Assembly (NCBI RefSeq): GCF_000284455.1 | Contig: NC_017039.1 | Location: 2,490,001-2,522,000, forward strand | DNA length: 32,000 nucleotides | Source of the DNA: Synechocystis sp. PCC 6803 substr. PCC-P | GTDB taxonomy: Bacteria; Cyanobacteriota; Cyanobacteriia; Cyanobacteriales; Microcystaceae | Direction: 5' to 3' | In this document: one piece after another, positions 1 to 9,046 of the stretch | How the letters are laid out: every line of letters begins with the position of its first letter | Numbering within the stretch: the first letter of the stretch is position 1 | Translations under genes and position numbers: made by a program | Notes under the pieces: model-generated | Told to the model about the DNA's origin: nothing | The model's input: only the letters and a program-made list of their open reading frames with translations | Database searches by the model: none

Positions 1-2
1 TT

Positions 3-830
3 TTGCAAACTTCCCAGTTCCAATCCCTCACAGCCCGCAGTAATCTGAGCAGTCAACGGGAGCAGGCTAGCACGCTCACTTGGACATCCCGTAGTCCTGC
101 CCAATATAACAGCGTCAATACCTCCGTTAACCTCAGCAATAATCCCAATCCCGGCTATTTTGGTACTGGCTTAGGGCTGACTTACCGGGGCTTTCTGGGG
201 GATATTAATCTCAACCATGATTATGATCAGGCTAGCCATCGCACTAACTTAAATTTTGGTACGGCCTTAGTTTATGCTGATGGGCGTTTTGGCTGGAGCC
301 GACCAGTACGGGATAGTTTTGTGATTTTTAGCCGTAACCCTAATTTTGCGGATCAATTAGTATTAATTAATCCTGGTTTGTATGGTCCTGTGGCGGAAGC
401 TAATGATGTCGGCCCTGGGGTAGTGCCGGATCTAAGCTCCTATACTTTGACCACTATGCGGGTAGATGCTCCTAATATGCCCCTTGGCTATGACTTGGGC
501 AATGCGGTATTTAATCTTTTACCGAGCTATAAAAGTGGTACTTTAATCACAGTGGGTACGGAATCCACCGTATTTTTACGGGGGACGTTGGTAGATAAAG
601 CAGGGAACCCGATTGCGCTTCAAGTCGGGCAAGTTAGGTCTTTGTCTGATCCCAGTTGGTCGCCGTTGGAGTTATTCACTAATCGAGCGGGACGATTTGC
701 GTTGACAGGACTGGGACCAGGGAAGTATGAATTGCAATTATTCGGTGATCCTCCCCGGGCCATTCGCTTTGAAATTCCGGCGGATAAAACTGGTATTTAC
801 GACATTGGAACTGTGACAATAGGCGGTTAA
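3..830 (+). CDS. C-terminal ~275 aa of a chaperone-usher-type outer-membrane usher-like protein (gene starts upstream of the window)
   Basis: The open frame runs off the 5' edge and stops at 830. The layout resembles PapC/FimD C-terminal regions: ...GTALVYADGRFGWSRPVRDSFVIF..., ...GVVPDLSSYTLTTMRVDAPNMPLGYDL..., and a terminal beta-sandwich-like ...NRAGRFALTGLGPGKYELQLFG.... Recognised by eye only. Confidence 0.5.
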   Translation: MQTSQFQSLTARSNLSSQREQASTLTWTSRSPAQYNSVNTSVNLSNNPNPGYFGTGLGLTYRGFLGDINLNHDYDQASHRTNLNFGTALVYADGRFGWSRPVRDSFVIFSRNPNFADQLVLINPGLYGPVAEANDVGPGVVPDLSSYTLTTMRVDAPNMPLGYDLGNAVFNLLPSYKSGTLITVGTESTVFLRGTLVDKAGNPIALQVGQVRSLSDPSWSPLELFTNRAGRFALTGLGPGKYELQLFGDPPRAIRFEIPADKTGIYDIGTVTIGG

Positions 831-858
831 AAGATTAATGAAATTAATAGTATTTGTC

Positions 859-1368
859 TTAGTAATCAGTTTTAATCCCAATGACACCATTGTTGTGGTC
901 AATCTTAAATTCATTACCATATGCATCTAGATGGAAAAGATCTAAGCCTAAACCAGGTTGACCCTTTAAAAAGTAATCGTTAGCTTCTGCTCCACCAATG
1001 TCAAGCCAACCATTAATAGTTTTATTAATAGGGTCAAATCGGAATTGCAAAAAATTATTCTCCCTTGCCTGACTATTATTGACATTGTCGTAATTTGCTA
1101 TAGTTCGACCTTTGCTATCAATAACTTGCACGGTCAATTCAGTTAAATTTTGAAGTGTTTGCAGTCCTACTACTTGTACGATTTTCGTTGAATTGTCTCT
1201 AAATTCATCTGGGTAAACCACCCGGGCTCGAACTTGATATTCGCCATCTCCTTGCCATAGCAGAGTTACTTCCCCGGCGATCGCCTGGGCGGAAAAACCG
1301 ACGAAAGCAGTGAGTACAAAAATAAAAACTAAAAATAATTTAACCAATTGATGAAATATTGACACCAT
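859..1368 (-). CDS. Secreted or periplasmic hypothetical protein (~169 aa from the ATG at 1368; the ORF track extends to 1419)
   Basis: From the ATG at 1366-1368 the N-terminus MVSIFHQLVKLFLVFIFVLTAFVGFSAQA|IAGE looks like a Sec signal peptide with an AxA cleavage site. This start also avoids overlap with the upstream gene, which ends at 1404. The mature part is beta-rich and Asn/Gly-rich. I recognise no family. Confidence 0.55.
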   Translation of the reverse strand: MVSIFHQLVKLFLVFIFVLTAFVGFSAQAIAGEVTLLWQGDGEYQVRARVVYPDEFRDNSTKIVQVVGLQTLQNLTELTVQVIDSKGRTIANYDNVNNSQARENNFLQFRFDPINKTINGWLDIGGAEANDYFLKGQPGLGLDLFHLDAYGNEFKIDHNNGVIGIKTDY

Positions 1369-1403
1369 TATTGTTGCTTTAAAACTCAAACAGTTTGGGT
1401 ATG

Positions 1404-1979
1404 CTAAATTTTTAGCCAATCAAAAACTTCGGCGGCGGTAATGGACCAATTTTCAAGCTCAGCAAAAACCGTTAGGGATTCTTGAATTTCAGTTTCAGCT
1501 AAATAAACCTGGGGTAAACTGGCGGTGAAAACCGTAATGGATTTGGCCATGGGATCCACTAACCAAGCTAATTCTGTGCCAGCCTTGAGAGAAAAAATGA
1601 TTTTTTCCATTACCAGGGTGACCGACTGATCTGGGGAAAGAATTTCTATGAGCCAATCCGGGGCCCGATCAAACCGGTCTGCTATTTCGCCACCATTATC
1701 TAAAGGCAAGTTTTGCCAGCGCATCACCGCAATGTCAGGCACAATGGAGCGATCGCCAAAGGTACAACGAAGTTCCGGCAGAGCATAGGCAATTTTGTCC
1801 GGCTTCACTTGGGCATTAATAGCGGCCGCTAGCTCAAATTGGATTGTGCTGTGTTTACCTTTGGGCATGGGTTTCTGGGTGACAATGCCCCGGCAATATT
1901 CCTGGGCAGGTTTGGTTTCCGGTAGGGCCAAGAATGATTCCAGGGAAAGGGTTGGTACTTTTGCTGAGGCTAAAACCAT
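1404..1979 (-). CDS. Uma2-family (DUF820) putative restriction-endonuclease-fold protein
   Basis: 191 aa with typical family features: N-terminal ...SLESFLALPETKPAQEY..G.., then ...PELRCTFGDRSIVPDIAV... and ...APDWLIEILSP..., which is a PD-(D/E)xK-like core. The family is highly expanded in cyanobacteria. Confidence 0.8.
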   Translation of the reverse strand: MVLASAKVPTLSLESFLALPETKPAQEYCRGIVTQKPMPKGKHSTIQFELAAAINAQVKPDKIAYALPELRCTFGDRSIVPDIAVMRWQNLPLDNGGEIADRFDRAPDWLIEILSPDQSVTLVMEKIIFSLKAGTELAWLVDPMAKSITVFTASLPQVYLAETEIQESLTVFAELENWSITAAEVFDWLKI

Positions 1980-2030
1980 CTACTTCACTCCCCAGAGGAT
2001 TTAAGTGTTAATTGATTGTAATCGCACCAA

Positions 2031-3221
2031 TCAACTATAACGAATGCCTGCCTGTTCAATGCGCTGTAATGCTTCCCCCAGGCGATCGCCATCGGCAATT
2101 AAACTTAAGCGGACGTACCTTTCTCCCCCTTCTCCAAAGGCGTTACCGGGGGTCATCACCACACCGGTTTTTTCTAGAACCGTTAAGGCAAAATCAGTGG
2201 AACTCATACCCACGGGACAGGGAACCCAAAGGTACATGGTGGCTTGGGAAGGGGTAATAGACCAACCCAATTTACTCAAGCCATTAATAACAAAGTCCCG
2301 CCGTTCTTGATAGCGCTTTCGCACTACTTCAATGTAACTTTCTGGCAAACTGAGGGCTGTTTCTGCTGCTTTTTGTACGACTCGAAAAATTCCATAATCC
2401 AAGTTAGTTTTCAGCGTTCTCAAACCTTGAATAATTTCTTGATTTCCCACGACAAAACCTACCCGCCAACCGGCCATATTGTAGGTTTTGGAAAGGGTAT
2501 GGAATTCCACACTAAAATCCTTGGCACCGGGAATTTCTAATAAGCTGGTGGGCTGATAACCGTCAAAGGCCAATTCTGCATAACACAGATCATGGACTAA
2601 CATGATTTGGTAATGGCGGGCCCAATCGGTGATGGCTTCGTAAAATTCCCTGGGAGCGGTGGCGGTGGTGGGATTATTGGGATAGTTAAAATAAAGGATC
2701 TTGGCCCGTTGAGCGATCGCCTCGGGAATTTGGTCCAGTTGGATTAACCAGTCATCCTTTGCCGATAACATGATCGGATAAATTTCCGCCCCGGCAATGA
2801 GGGGGCCTCGGAAATGGGCCGGATAGGAGGGAGTCGGCACGAGTACTAAATCCCCTGGATTAACGTAGGCTAGGGCTAAATGACCCAGACCCTCTTTGGA
2901 ACCAATTAAGGGTAACGCTTCGGAATCGGGGTCTAAATCCACCCCATACTGGCGGGCGTACCAGCGGGTAATGCTCTGACGGAAGCTCTGGGTGCCTTCA
3001 AAAGGGGGATAACCGTGGGATTCTGGGTTTTCCAACTCGGCGATCGCCGCTTCGATAATCGGTTGGGGGGCTTTGCCATCGGGGTTGCCCATGCCCAAGT
3101 CAATTAAATCCAGGCCCTGTTCCCTGGCCTTGGCTTTCAACTCATCGAGGCGGGCAAAAACATAGGGGGGTAAGGCTTGTAGGCGATCGGCGCGACTAAT
3201 CCAATTCAGACTCATTACCAA
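2031..3221 (-). CDS. Class I/II PLP-dependent aminotransferase (AspC/AlaA-like; probably sll0006)
   Basis: 396 aa. It has the motifs YFNYPNNPT and the PLP-lysine motif SKTYNMAGWRVGF. GNAFGEGGERYVRLS lies near the C-terminus. Confidence 0.9.
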   Translation of the reverse strand: MVMSLNWISRADRLQALPPYVFARLDELKAKAREQGLDLIDLGMGNPDGKAPQPIIEAAIAELENPESHGYPPFEGTQSFRQSITRWYARQYGVDLDPDSEALPLIGSKEGLGHLALAYVNPGDLVLVPTPSYPAHFRGPLIAGAEIYPIMLSAKDDWLIQLDQIPEAIAQRAKILYFNYPNNPTTATAPREFYEAITDWARHYQIMLVHDLCYAELAFDGYQPTSLLEIPGAKDFSVEFHTLSKTYNMAGWRVGFVVGNQEIIQGLRTLKTNLDYGIFRVVQKAAETALSLPESYIEVVRKRYQERRDFVINGLSKLGWSITPSQATMYLWVPCPVGMSSTDFALTVLEKTGVVMTPGNAFGEGGERYVRLSLIADGDRLGEALQRIEQAGIRYS

Positions 3222-3318
3222 GGCAATTTGGGGACGTAACCTTTTATTGTCTCATTGACCGGCACTGGCTTGATCTCGCCTCAGCAAAATTTTGACTGGA
3301 ACCTATGGCAACCATGGC

Positions 3319-5364
3319 CTAGGCTGCATTGCGGATTTTGATGGCTGGATTGGGCTGACTTTCCAAAGCCAGGGCCCATTGCCGGATTACCCTGGCGATC
3401 GCCTTTTGCAGTAGTCCTTCCGCCACCTGTTGACCCATCCGACGGGAAGTGGGATTAACAATAATTTGACTCAACACCGGCACAAACTTGAGGGGGTCAA
3501 AACCGGGGGTCTCTTTAAGAATTTGCCAAAGATTTTGTAAATGCTGCCAAGTTTCCTCCTGTTGAGCGATGGCGGGTTGAGGCACAACTTTGATCGTTTT
3601 GGTTTGATGGGCTTTACCGTTGCCATTACCTAAGTCACCCAGAAAACTAATTCTTTCCTGGATATTGTGGCTGACCTGTTGCCAAGTGTTGCGCCCCAGT
3701 TGATCAATACTGTTGACTAATTCCGCCACCAGGCGATCGCGAATGAATTGTCCCCGGTCTGAAAGTAAAAATTCTGTTGCTTCATTAAGCACATAATCAA
3801 AATCAAAGCCAGGGGAATTTTTGGCATTACGCAATAAATTTTCCAAACGATTCCATCGGAAACTCCCCTCTTTAAATAGTAATTCTTTCAGGGAAGTGCG
3901 TAGCTCTTCTGATTGATCCGTTAACAATCTTTTAGCGATATAGGGATAGGCTTTGCTCAATACCTTGAAGTTAGGATCAATACCAATGGCAATACCTTCT
4001 AGGGTGACCATGGAACGAATAATCAGAGCATAATAAGCCGGCACCCGGAAAGGAAACTCATACATCATGGCCGACATTTGATCGGTGATGCTCTTAAAGT
4101 TTAACTCCGCCACACTGGCCCCCAACGCATTACCAAACACCTGACCAAGGGCGGGAATAATCGGTTTTAAATCCGTATCTGGTTTGAGAAAATCCAGTTT
4201 GACATAATCCTTAGCTAGGGAATCAAAATCCCGGTTCACCAAATGAACCACTGCCTCGATCAAACCATAGCGCTGGTAAGGCTGAATAGTACTCATCATG
4301 CCGAAGTCCAAGTAGGCCAAACGGCCGTCCGCCATGGCCAATAAATTGCCGGGGTGGGGATCGGCGTGGAAAAAGCCATGTTCCAACAATTGCCGCAGGG
4401 AGCACTGTACCCCCACTTCCACCAAATGGGTAGCATCAATACCCTGGGCTTGGATCGCTTTGATATTGGTTAACTTAATTCCTTCCACCCACTCCATGGT
4501 CAAAACCCGTCGGCCAGTGTATTGCCAATAGATACTGGGCACATAAATTTCTGGCAAACTGCCATAGAGTTGGGCGAATTTTTCGCCATTAATGGCCTCT
4601 TGGTAATAGTTCATTTCCTCGAATACTCGACTGGCCAATTCGTCGGTAATGGCCACCAAATCAGAGCGCAATCTTTTCACCGATCGCCGGGCCCAGAGGG
4701 AGAGGGAGCGCATGATGTAAATATCAAGGGTGATGCGTCGCACCAAATCTGGCCTTTGTACCTTAACTGCCACAGCTTCGCCGGTTTTCAACTTACCCTT
4801 ATACACCTGCCCCAAGGAGGCGGCGGCAATGGGCTCCGGAGATAATTCGGCGTAAATTTCCTCGGCGGGGGCCCCCAACTCCTCTTCAATAAAACGATAG
4901 GCAACCTCGTTGGGAAAGGAAGGTAATTGGTCCTGTAACGTTGTCAACTCATCCAAAAAGACCGGCGGCACTAAATCGGGCCTGGTGGAAAGAGCTTGGC
5001 CAACTTTGATATAAGTAGGGCCAAGATTGGTTAATAGTTCTCTTAATTGAATAGCTTTCGCCCTGGAAACGGTGGGGTCTTTACCCCTCAATTTTTCCCA
5101 CCAAATACCCAGAATAAATCGCAATAGGGGAAACAAAATATTGATTAAACGACCTAATACTTGTAACGGCCGCTTGCGATAAAACTCCATGATCAAATCT
5201 GGGTGATATTCCCAACTTTCCGGGAACATATCACTAACAGGTCCTAAATCCTCCAGATGACTTTTGGGCAAACGGGGGGGGCGAACTTCCTCCACCACTG
5301 CGTCGATCACCACTACATCGCGATCTTGTTCGGCGGTGGTAACGGGCATGGGGGCTGGAGACAT
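3319..5364 (-). CDS. ABC1/UbiB-family atypical protein kinase (probably sll0005)
   Basis: 681 aa. Motifs seen: KVGQALSTRPDLVPPVFLDELTTLQDQLP, AAASLGQVYKGKL, VAVKVQRP, the catalytic HADPHPGNL, and LDFGMM. Confidence 0.9.
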   Translation of the reverse strand: MSPAPMPVTTAEQDRDVVVIDAVVEEVRPPRLPKSHLEDLGPVSDMFPESWEYHPDLIMEFYRKRPLQVLGRLINILFPLLRFILGIWWEKLRGKDPTVSRAKAIQLRELLTNLGPTYIKVGQALSTRPDLVPPVFLDELTTLQDQLPSFPNEVAYRFIEEELGAPAEEIYAELSPEPIAAASLGQVYKGKLKTGEAVAVKVQRPDLVRRITLDIYIMRSLSLWARRSVKRLRSDLVAITDELASRVFEEMNYYQEAINGEKFAQLYGSLPEIYVPSIYWQYTGRRVLTMEWVEGIKLTNIKAIQAQGIDATHLVEVGVQCSLRQLLEHGFFHADPHPGNLLAMADGRLAYLDFGMMSTIQPYQRYGLIEAVVHLVNRDFDSLAKDYVKLDFLKPDTDLKPIIPALGQVFGNALGASVAELNFKSITDQMSAMMYEFPFRVPAYYALIIRSMVTLEGIAIGIDPNFKVLSKAYPYIAKRLLTDQSEELRTSLKELLFKEGSFRWNRLENLLRNAKNSPGFDFDYVLNEATEFLLSDRGQFIRDRLVAELVNSIDQLGRNTWQQVSHNIQERISFLGDLGNGNGKAHQTKTIKVVPQPAIAQQEETWQHLQNLWQILKETPGFDPLKFVPVLSQIIVNPTSRRMGQQVAEGLLQKAIARVIRQWALALESQPNPAIKIRNAA

Positions 5365-5551
5365 ATTAATGGTTTTAATAATTACTTAATTTTGCTGGCT
5401 GGTTCAGCGGGAGCCAACATTGGCAAGGATTGAGGAGGAACCCGTTAATGGATGACTAAATACTGCCAAGCCTAGGCTTCCAGTGGCATTCTAACGAGAA
5501 TGGGTTGGCCCTGGCTACCTGGGTTAGGATGGGGAAAACCGTCTTTAGCTG

Positions 5552-8047
5552 GTGCAATGTAGCTTGGTTGAGGTGTCTGTGTCCGTTGATTGGCCTCGTT
5601 TACAAAAGGCTTTGACCGTGGAAGTGGAGCGGGGTTTTCAGAATTTGCAGGGTAAACAGCACCGCTTTGGCGACTTCCTCTGTTTAAGTTTTGGCAGTCC
5701 TCCCCCCCCTGGTAGTTCCCCCGGCGATCGCCAGAAATGGCGGGAGTTTGCCCAAAGATTTGCCCAGTATGACCAACTGGAGGAAGCTGAAAGAAAAAGT
5801 TTGGTGGCCAGTACCCGTCGTTTTTTACATCAATTACGTCGCAGTTTGGAATCTCCTCCTAGGGATTCTGTACCAAAAAAGGATTTACTAGCCCAGGTTA
5901 ATCGTCCCCAAGTTTCCGAACCCCGTTATCCTAAATCGGGTCAAATTGAACTCCATACCCCTTTAGCAACGGTAGTTTCCCAGAGTCAACATCAAACTAA
6001 ACTGCTCAAAAACTTGGGTTTAGCAACGGTGGAAGATTTGTTGTTCTATTTCCCCAGGGATTATTTGGACTATGCCCAACAGGTAACTATTGCTGAATTA
6101 ACAGCGGGGGAAACGGTAACCATTGTGGGGCGGGTGGTAAATTGCACTTGCTTTACCAGTCCCAAAAATCAGAATTTAAATATTTTGCAAATCCAGTTGC
6201 GGGATCAAACAGGGCGGATCAAACTATCCCGTTTTTATGCCGGTAAACGGTTTGCCCATCGGGGTTGGCAAGAGAAAATCAAAAAACTTTACCCTCCCCA
6301 GGCAGTGGTGGCGGCCTCTGGCTTGGTGAAATCTAGTAAATTTGGTCTGACTCTGGATAATCCGGAAATTGAGGTGCTAGATCGCCATAGTCCCAGCATT
6401 GACTCTTTCAAAGTGGGTCGGGTGCTGCCCGTTTACCCCCTCACTGAAGGCATAACAGCGGATTTTTTACGGAAATTAGTTCTAGCCTGTCAAACGGCGA
6501 TCGCCAAGTTGTCTGATCCTCTGCCCCAAGAGATTAGGGAAAAATATGAATTAATTGATTTGCAAACCGCCATTGCCCAAATTCACTTCCCTGAGAATAC
6601 GGAAAAGTTAAGTTTAGCCAGGAGAAGATTAGTATTTGATGAATTTTTCTATTTACAGTTAGGATTTTTGCAAAGACGTTACGAACAAAAACAGCAGCAA
6701 CAAAGCGCTATTTTTACTCCCCATGGCGAATTATTAGAAAAATTTAGTGACTTATTGCCCTTCCGGTTAACCCAAGCTCAACAACGGGTAGTAAATGAAA
6801 TTTTGCAAGACTTAAATAAACCAAGTCCTATGAATCGTCTAGTACAAGGGGATGTGGGATCCGGGAAAACGGTGGTGGGGGTTTTTGCAATTTTAGCCGC
6901 TCTCCAGGGAGGTTACCAAGCGGCTCTAATGGCCCCTACGGAAGTGTTAGCAGAACAGCATTATCAAAAATTAGTAAGTTGGTTTAATTTGCTTTATTTG
7001 CCAGTGGAATTGTTAACGGGGTCCACTAAAACTGCCAAAAGAAGGGAAATTCATGCCCAATTATCTACGGGTCAATTACCGTTACTAGTGGGAACTCATG
7101 CCCTAATTCAAGAAACAGTTAACTTTCAACGGTTGGGTTTAGTGGTTATTGATGAACAACATCGTTTTGGGGTACAACAGCGGGCTAAGCTTTTGGCCAA
7201 AGGTAATGCGCCCCATGTTTTAAGCATGACCGCCACTCCCATTCCCCGCACCCTTGCTTTAACCCTCCATGGGGACCTAGAAGTGAGCCAAATTGACGAA
7301 TTGCCCCCCGGCCGTCAGCCCATTCACACCAGTGTCATCACTGCCAAGGAAAGGCCACAAATGTACGAACTGATTCGGCGGGAAGTGGCCCAGGGTCGTC
7401 AAGTCTACATCATTTTTCCGGCGATCGAAGAATCGGAAAAATTAGACATTAAAGCAGCAGTGGAAGAGCATAAGTATTTAACTGAAAAAATCTTTCCCAA
7501 CTTTAATATCGGCCTGTTACATGGCCGATTAAAAAGTGCTGAAAAAGAGGCCGCTCTAACAGCTTTTCGAGAAAAGCAAACAGAAATTATTGTTTCCACT
7601 ACCGTGATCGAAGTGGGGGTCGATGTTCCCAATGCCACAGTGATGGTGATTGAAAATGCAGAGCGTTTTGGTCTTTCCCAACTGCATCAATTGCGAGGGC
7701 GAGTCGGTCGAGGTAGTCACCAGTCCTATTGCTTATTGGTCACCAACAGTAAAAGTAATGATGCCCGGCAAAGATTGGGAGTAATGGAACAGTCCCAAGA
7801 TGGTTTCTTTATTGCAGAAATGGATTTACGTTTGCGGGGCCCAGGGGAATTTTTAGGCACTAAACAATCAGGATTACCGGATTTTGCTTTGGCTAGTTTG
7901 GTGGAAGATCAAGAGGTTCTATTGTTGGCGAGGGAAGCAGCGGAAACCATGATGGTAGAGGATCCTAATTTAGAGGCGCATCCTGATTTAAAAATAAAAT
8001 TAGTCCAAAGATATGAAAAGTTATTAGGGGGAGAAATATTGACCTAA
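5552..8047 (+). CDS. recG: ATP-dependent DNA helicase RecG with a long N-terminal extension
   Basis: 831 aa with a GTG start in the ORF track. Motifs seen: Walker A GDVGSGKT, DEQH box VIDEQHRFG, MTATPIPRT, motif VI QLRGRVGRG, and the C-terminal TRG-like RGPGEFLGTKQSG. Confidence 0.93.
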   Translation: MQCSLVEVSVSVDWPRLQKALTVEVERGFQNLQGKQHRFGDFLCLSFGSPPPPGSSPGDRQKWREFAQRFAQYDQLEEAERKSLVASTRRFLHQLRRSLESPPRDSVPKKDLLAQVNRPQVSEPRYPKSGQIELHTPLATVVSQSQHQTKLLKNLGLATVEDLLFYFPRDYLDYAQQVTIAELTAGETVTIVGRVVNCTCFTSPKNQNLNILQIQLRDQTGRIKLSRFYAGKRFAHRGWQEKIKKLYPPQAVVAASGLVKSSKFGLTLDNPEIEVLDRHSPSIDSFKVGRVLPVYPLTEGITADFLRKLVLACQTAIAKLSDPLPQEIREKYELIDLQTAIAQIHFPENTEKLSLARRRLVFDEFFYLQLGFLQRRYEQKQQQQSAIFTPHGELLEKFSDLLPFRLTQAQQRVVNEILQDLNKPSPMNRLVQGDVGSGKTVVGVFAILAALQGGYQAALMAPTEVLAEQHYQKLVSWFNLLYLPVELLTGSTKTAKRREIHAQLSTGQLPLLVGTHALIQETVNFQRLGLVVIDEQHRFGVQQRAKLLAKGNAPHVLSMTATPIPRTLALTLHGDLEVSQIDELPPGRQPIHTSVITAKERPQMYELIRREVAQGRQVYIIFPAIEESEKLDIKAAVEEHKYLTEKIFPNFNIGLLHGRLKSAEKEAALTAFREKQTEIIVSTTVIEVGVDVPNATVMVIENAERFGLSQLHQLRGRVGRGSHQSYCLLVTNSKSNDARQRLGVMEQSQDGFFIAEMDLRLRGPGEFLGTKQSGLPDFALASLVEDQEVLLLAREAAETMMVEDPNLEAHPDLKIKLVQRYEKLLGGEILT

Positions 8048-8147
8048 CCAGAGATACATGGGGAATGTCCATCGTCCCAGCCTTTGTTTGTTAGAATAGT
8101 TCCCCATTGATTAATTGTTTTGTAATTCCTTTTTGTTAGTAAAATTT

Positions 8148-8981
8148 ATGATTTGGCCCTTCAAAACCAGCACCCGTAAAAAGATTGCCCGCATTGAAGT
8201 GACCGGGGCGATCGCCAGTGGAACCCGCAAAGCAGTATTGAAGGCTCTAAAGACGGTGGAAGAAAAAAAATATCCCGCCCTATTGGTCCGCATCGATTCC
8301 CCTGGGGGCACAGTGGTGGATTCCCAGGAAATTTACACTAAATTGAAGCAATTAAGCGAAAAGATCAAAGTTGTGGCCAGTTTTGGTAACATTTCTGCTT
8401 CTGGAGGTGTGTACATTGCCATGGGTTGTCCCCACATCATGGCGAACTCTGGCACCATCACCGGCAGTATTGGCGTAATTTTACGGGGCAATAACCTGGA
8501 AAGATTACTAGAGAAAGTGGGAGTTTCTTTTAAAGTGATTAAATCCGGGCCCTACAAAGACATTTTGTCCTTTGACCGGGAATTGCTGCCGGAGGAACAG
8601 TCTATTTTGCAGGCTTTGATTGACGACAGCTACGGGCAATTTGTCTCCACGGTGGCGGCGGGGCGCAATTTGGCAGTGGAAAAAGTCAAAGAATTTGCCG
8701 ACGGAAGAATTTTCACCGGGCAACAGGCTCTGGAATTGGGTTTAGTCGATCGCCTGGGCACGGAGGAAGATGCAAGGCAATGGGCCGCTACTTTGGCGGG
8801 CTTGGATCCAGACAAAGTAGAACTGGATACCATTGAAGACCCCAAACCTTTAGTCAGAAGACTCACCGGTGGTGATAGTCAACTACAGACCATGGCCGAT
8901 AACCTTGGTTTGACGGAAAGCCTAAAATGGTGCGAGTTTGAGCTTTCCACCAGTGGTCAACCCCTCTGGCTTTATCGATGA
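8148..8981 (+). CDS. sppA: Signal peptide peptidase SppA, 36K type (S49 family)
   Basis: Motifs seen: IDSPGG, ISASGGVYIA (Ser nucleophile region) and IKSGPYKD (Lys region). I chose the ATG at 8148 (MIWPFKTS...). The ORF track begins at a TTG at 8115. Confidence 0.88.
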   Translation: MIWPFKTSTRKKIARIEVTGAIASGTRKAVLKALKTVEEKKYPALLVRIDSPGGTVVDSQEIYTKLKQLSEKIKVVASFGNISASGGVYIAMGCPHIMANSGTITGSIGVILRGNNLERLLEKVGVSFKVIKSGPYKDILSFDRELLPEEQSILQALIDDSYGQFVSTVAAGRNLAVEKVKEFADGRIFTGQQALELGLVDRLGTEEDARQWAATLAGLDPDKVELDTIEDPKPLVRRLTGGDSQLQTMADNLGLTESLKWCEFELSTSGQPLWLYR

Positions 8982-9046
8982 ATGGGGTAAATTTATGTCT
9001 CAACTTTGCGGAGTGACTAAACCACGCCCATATAGTTAGTCGCTAG

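Noticed and set aside
5464-5488. 12-bp perfect palindrome AAGCCTAGGCTT with flanking TGCCA/TGGCA in the sll0005-recG divergent region, as a possible operator.
   Set aside because: About eight perfect 12-bp palindromes are expected by chance in 32 kb, and I could find no second copy or associated regulator.
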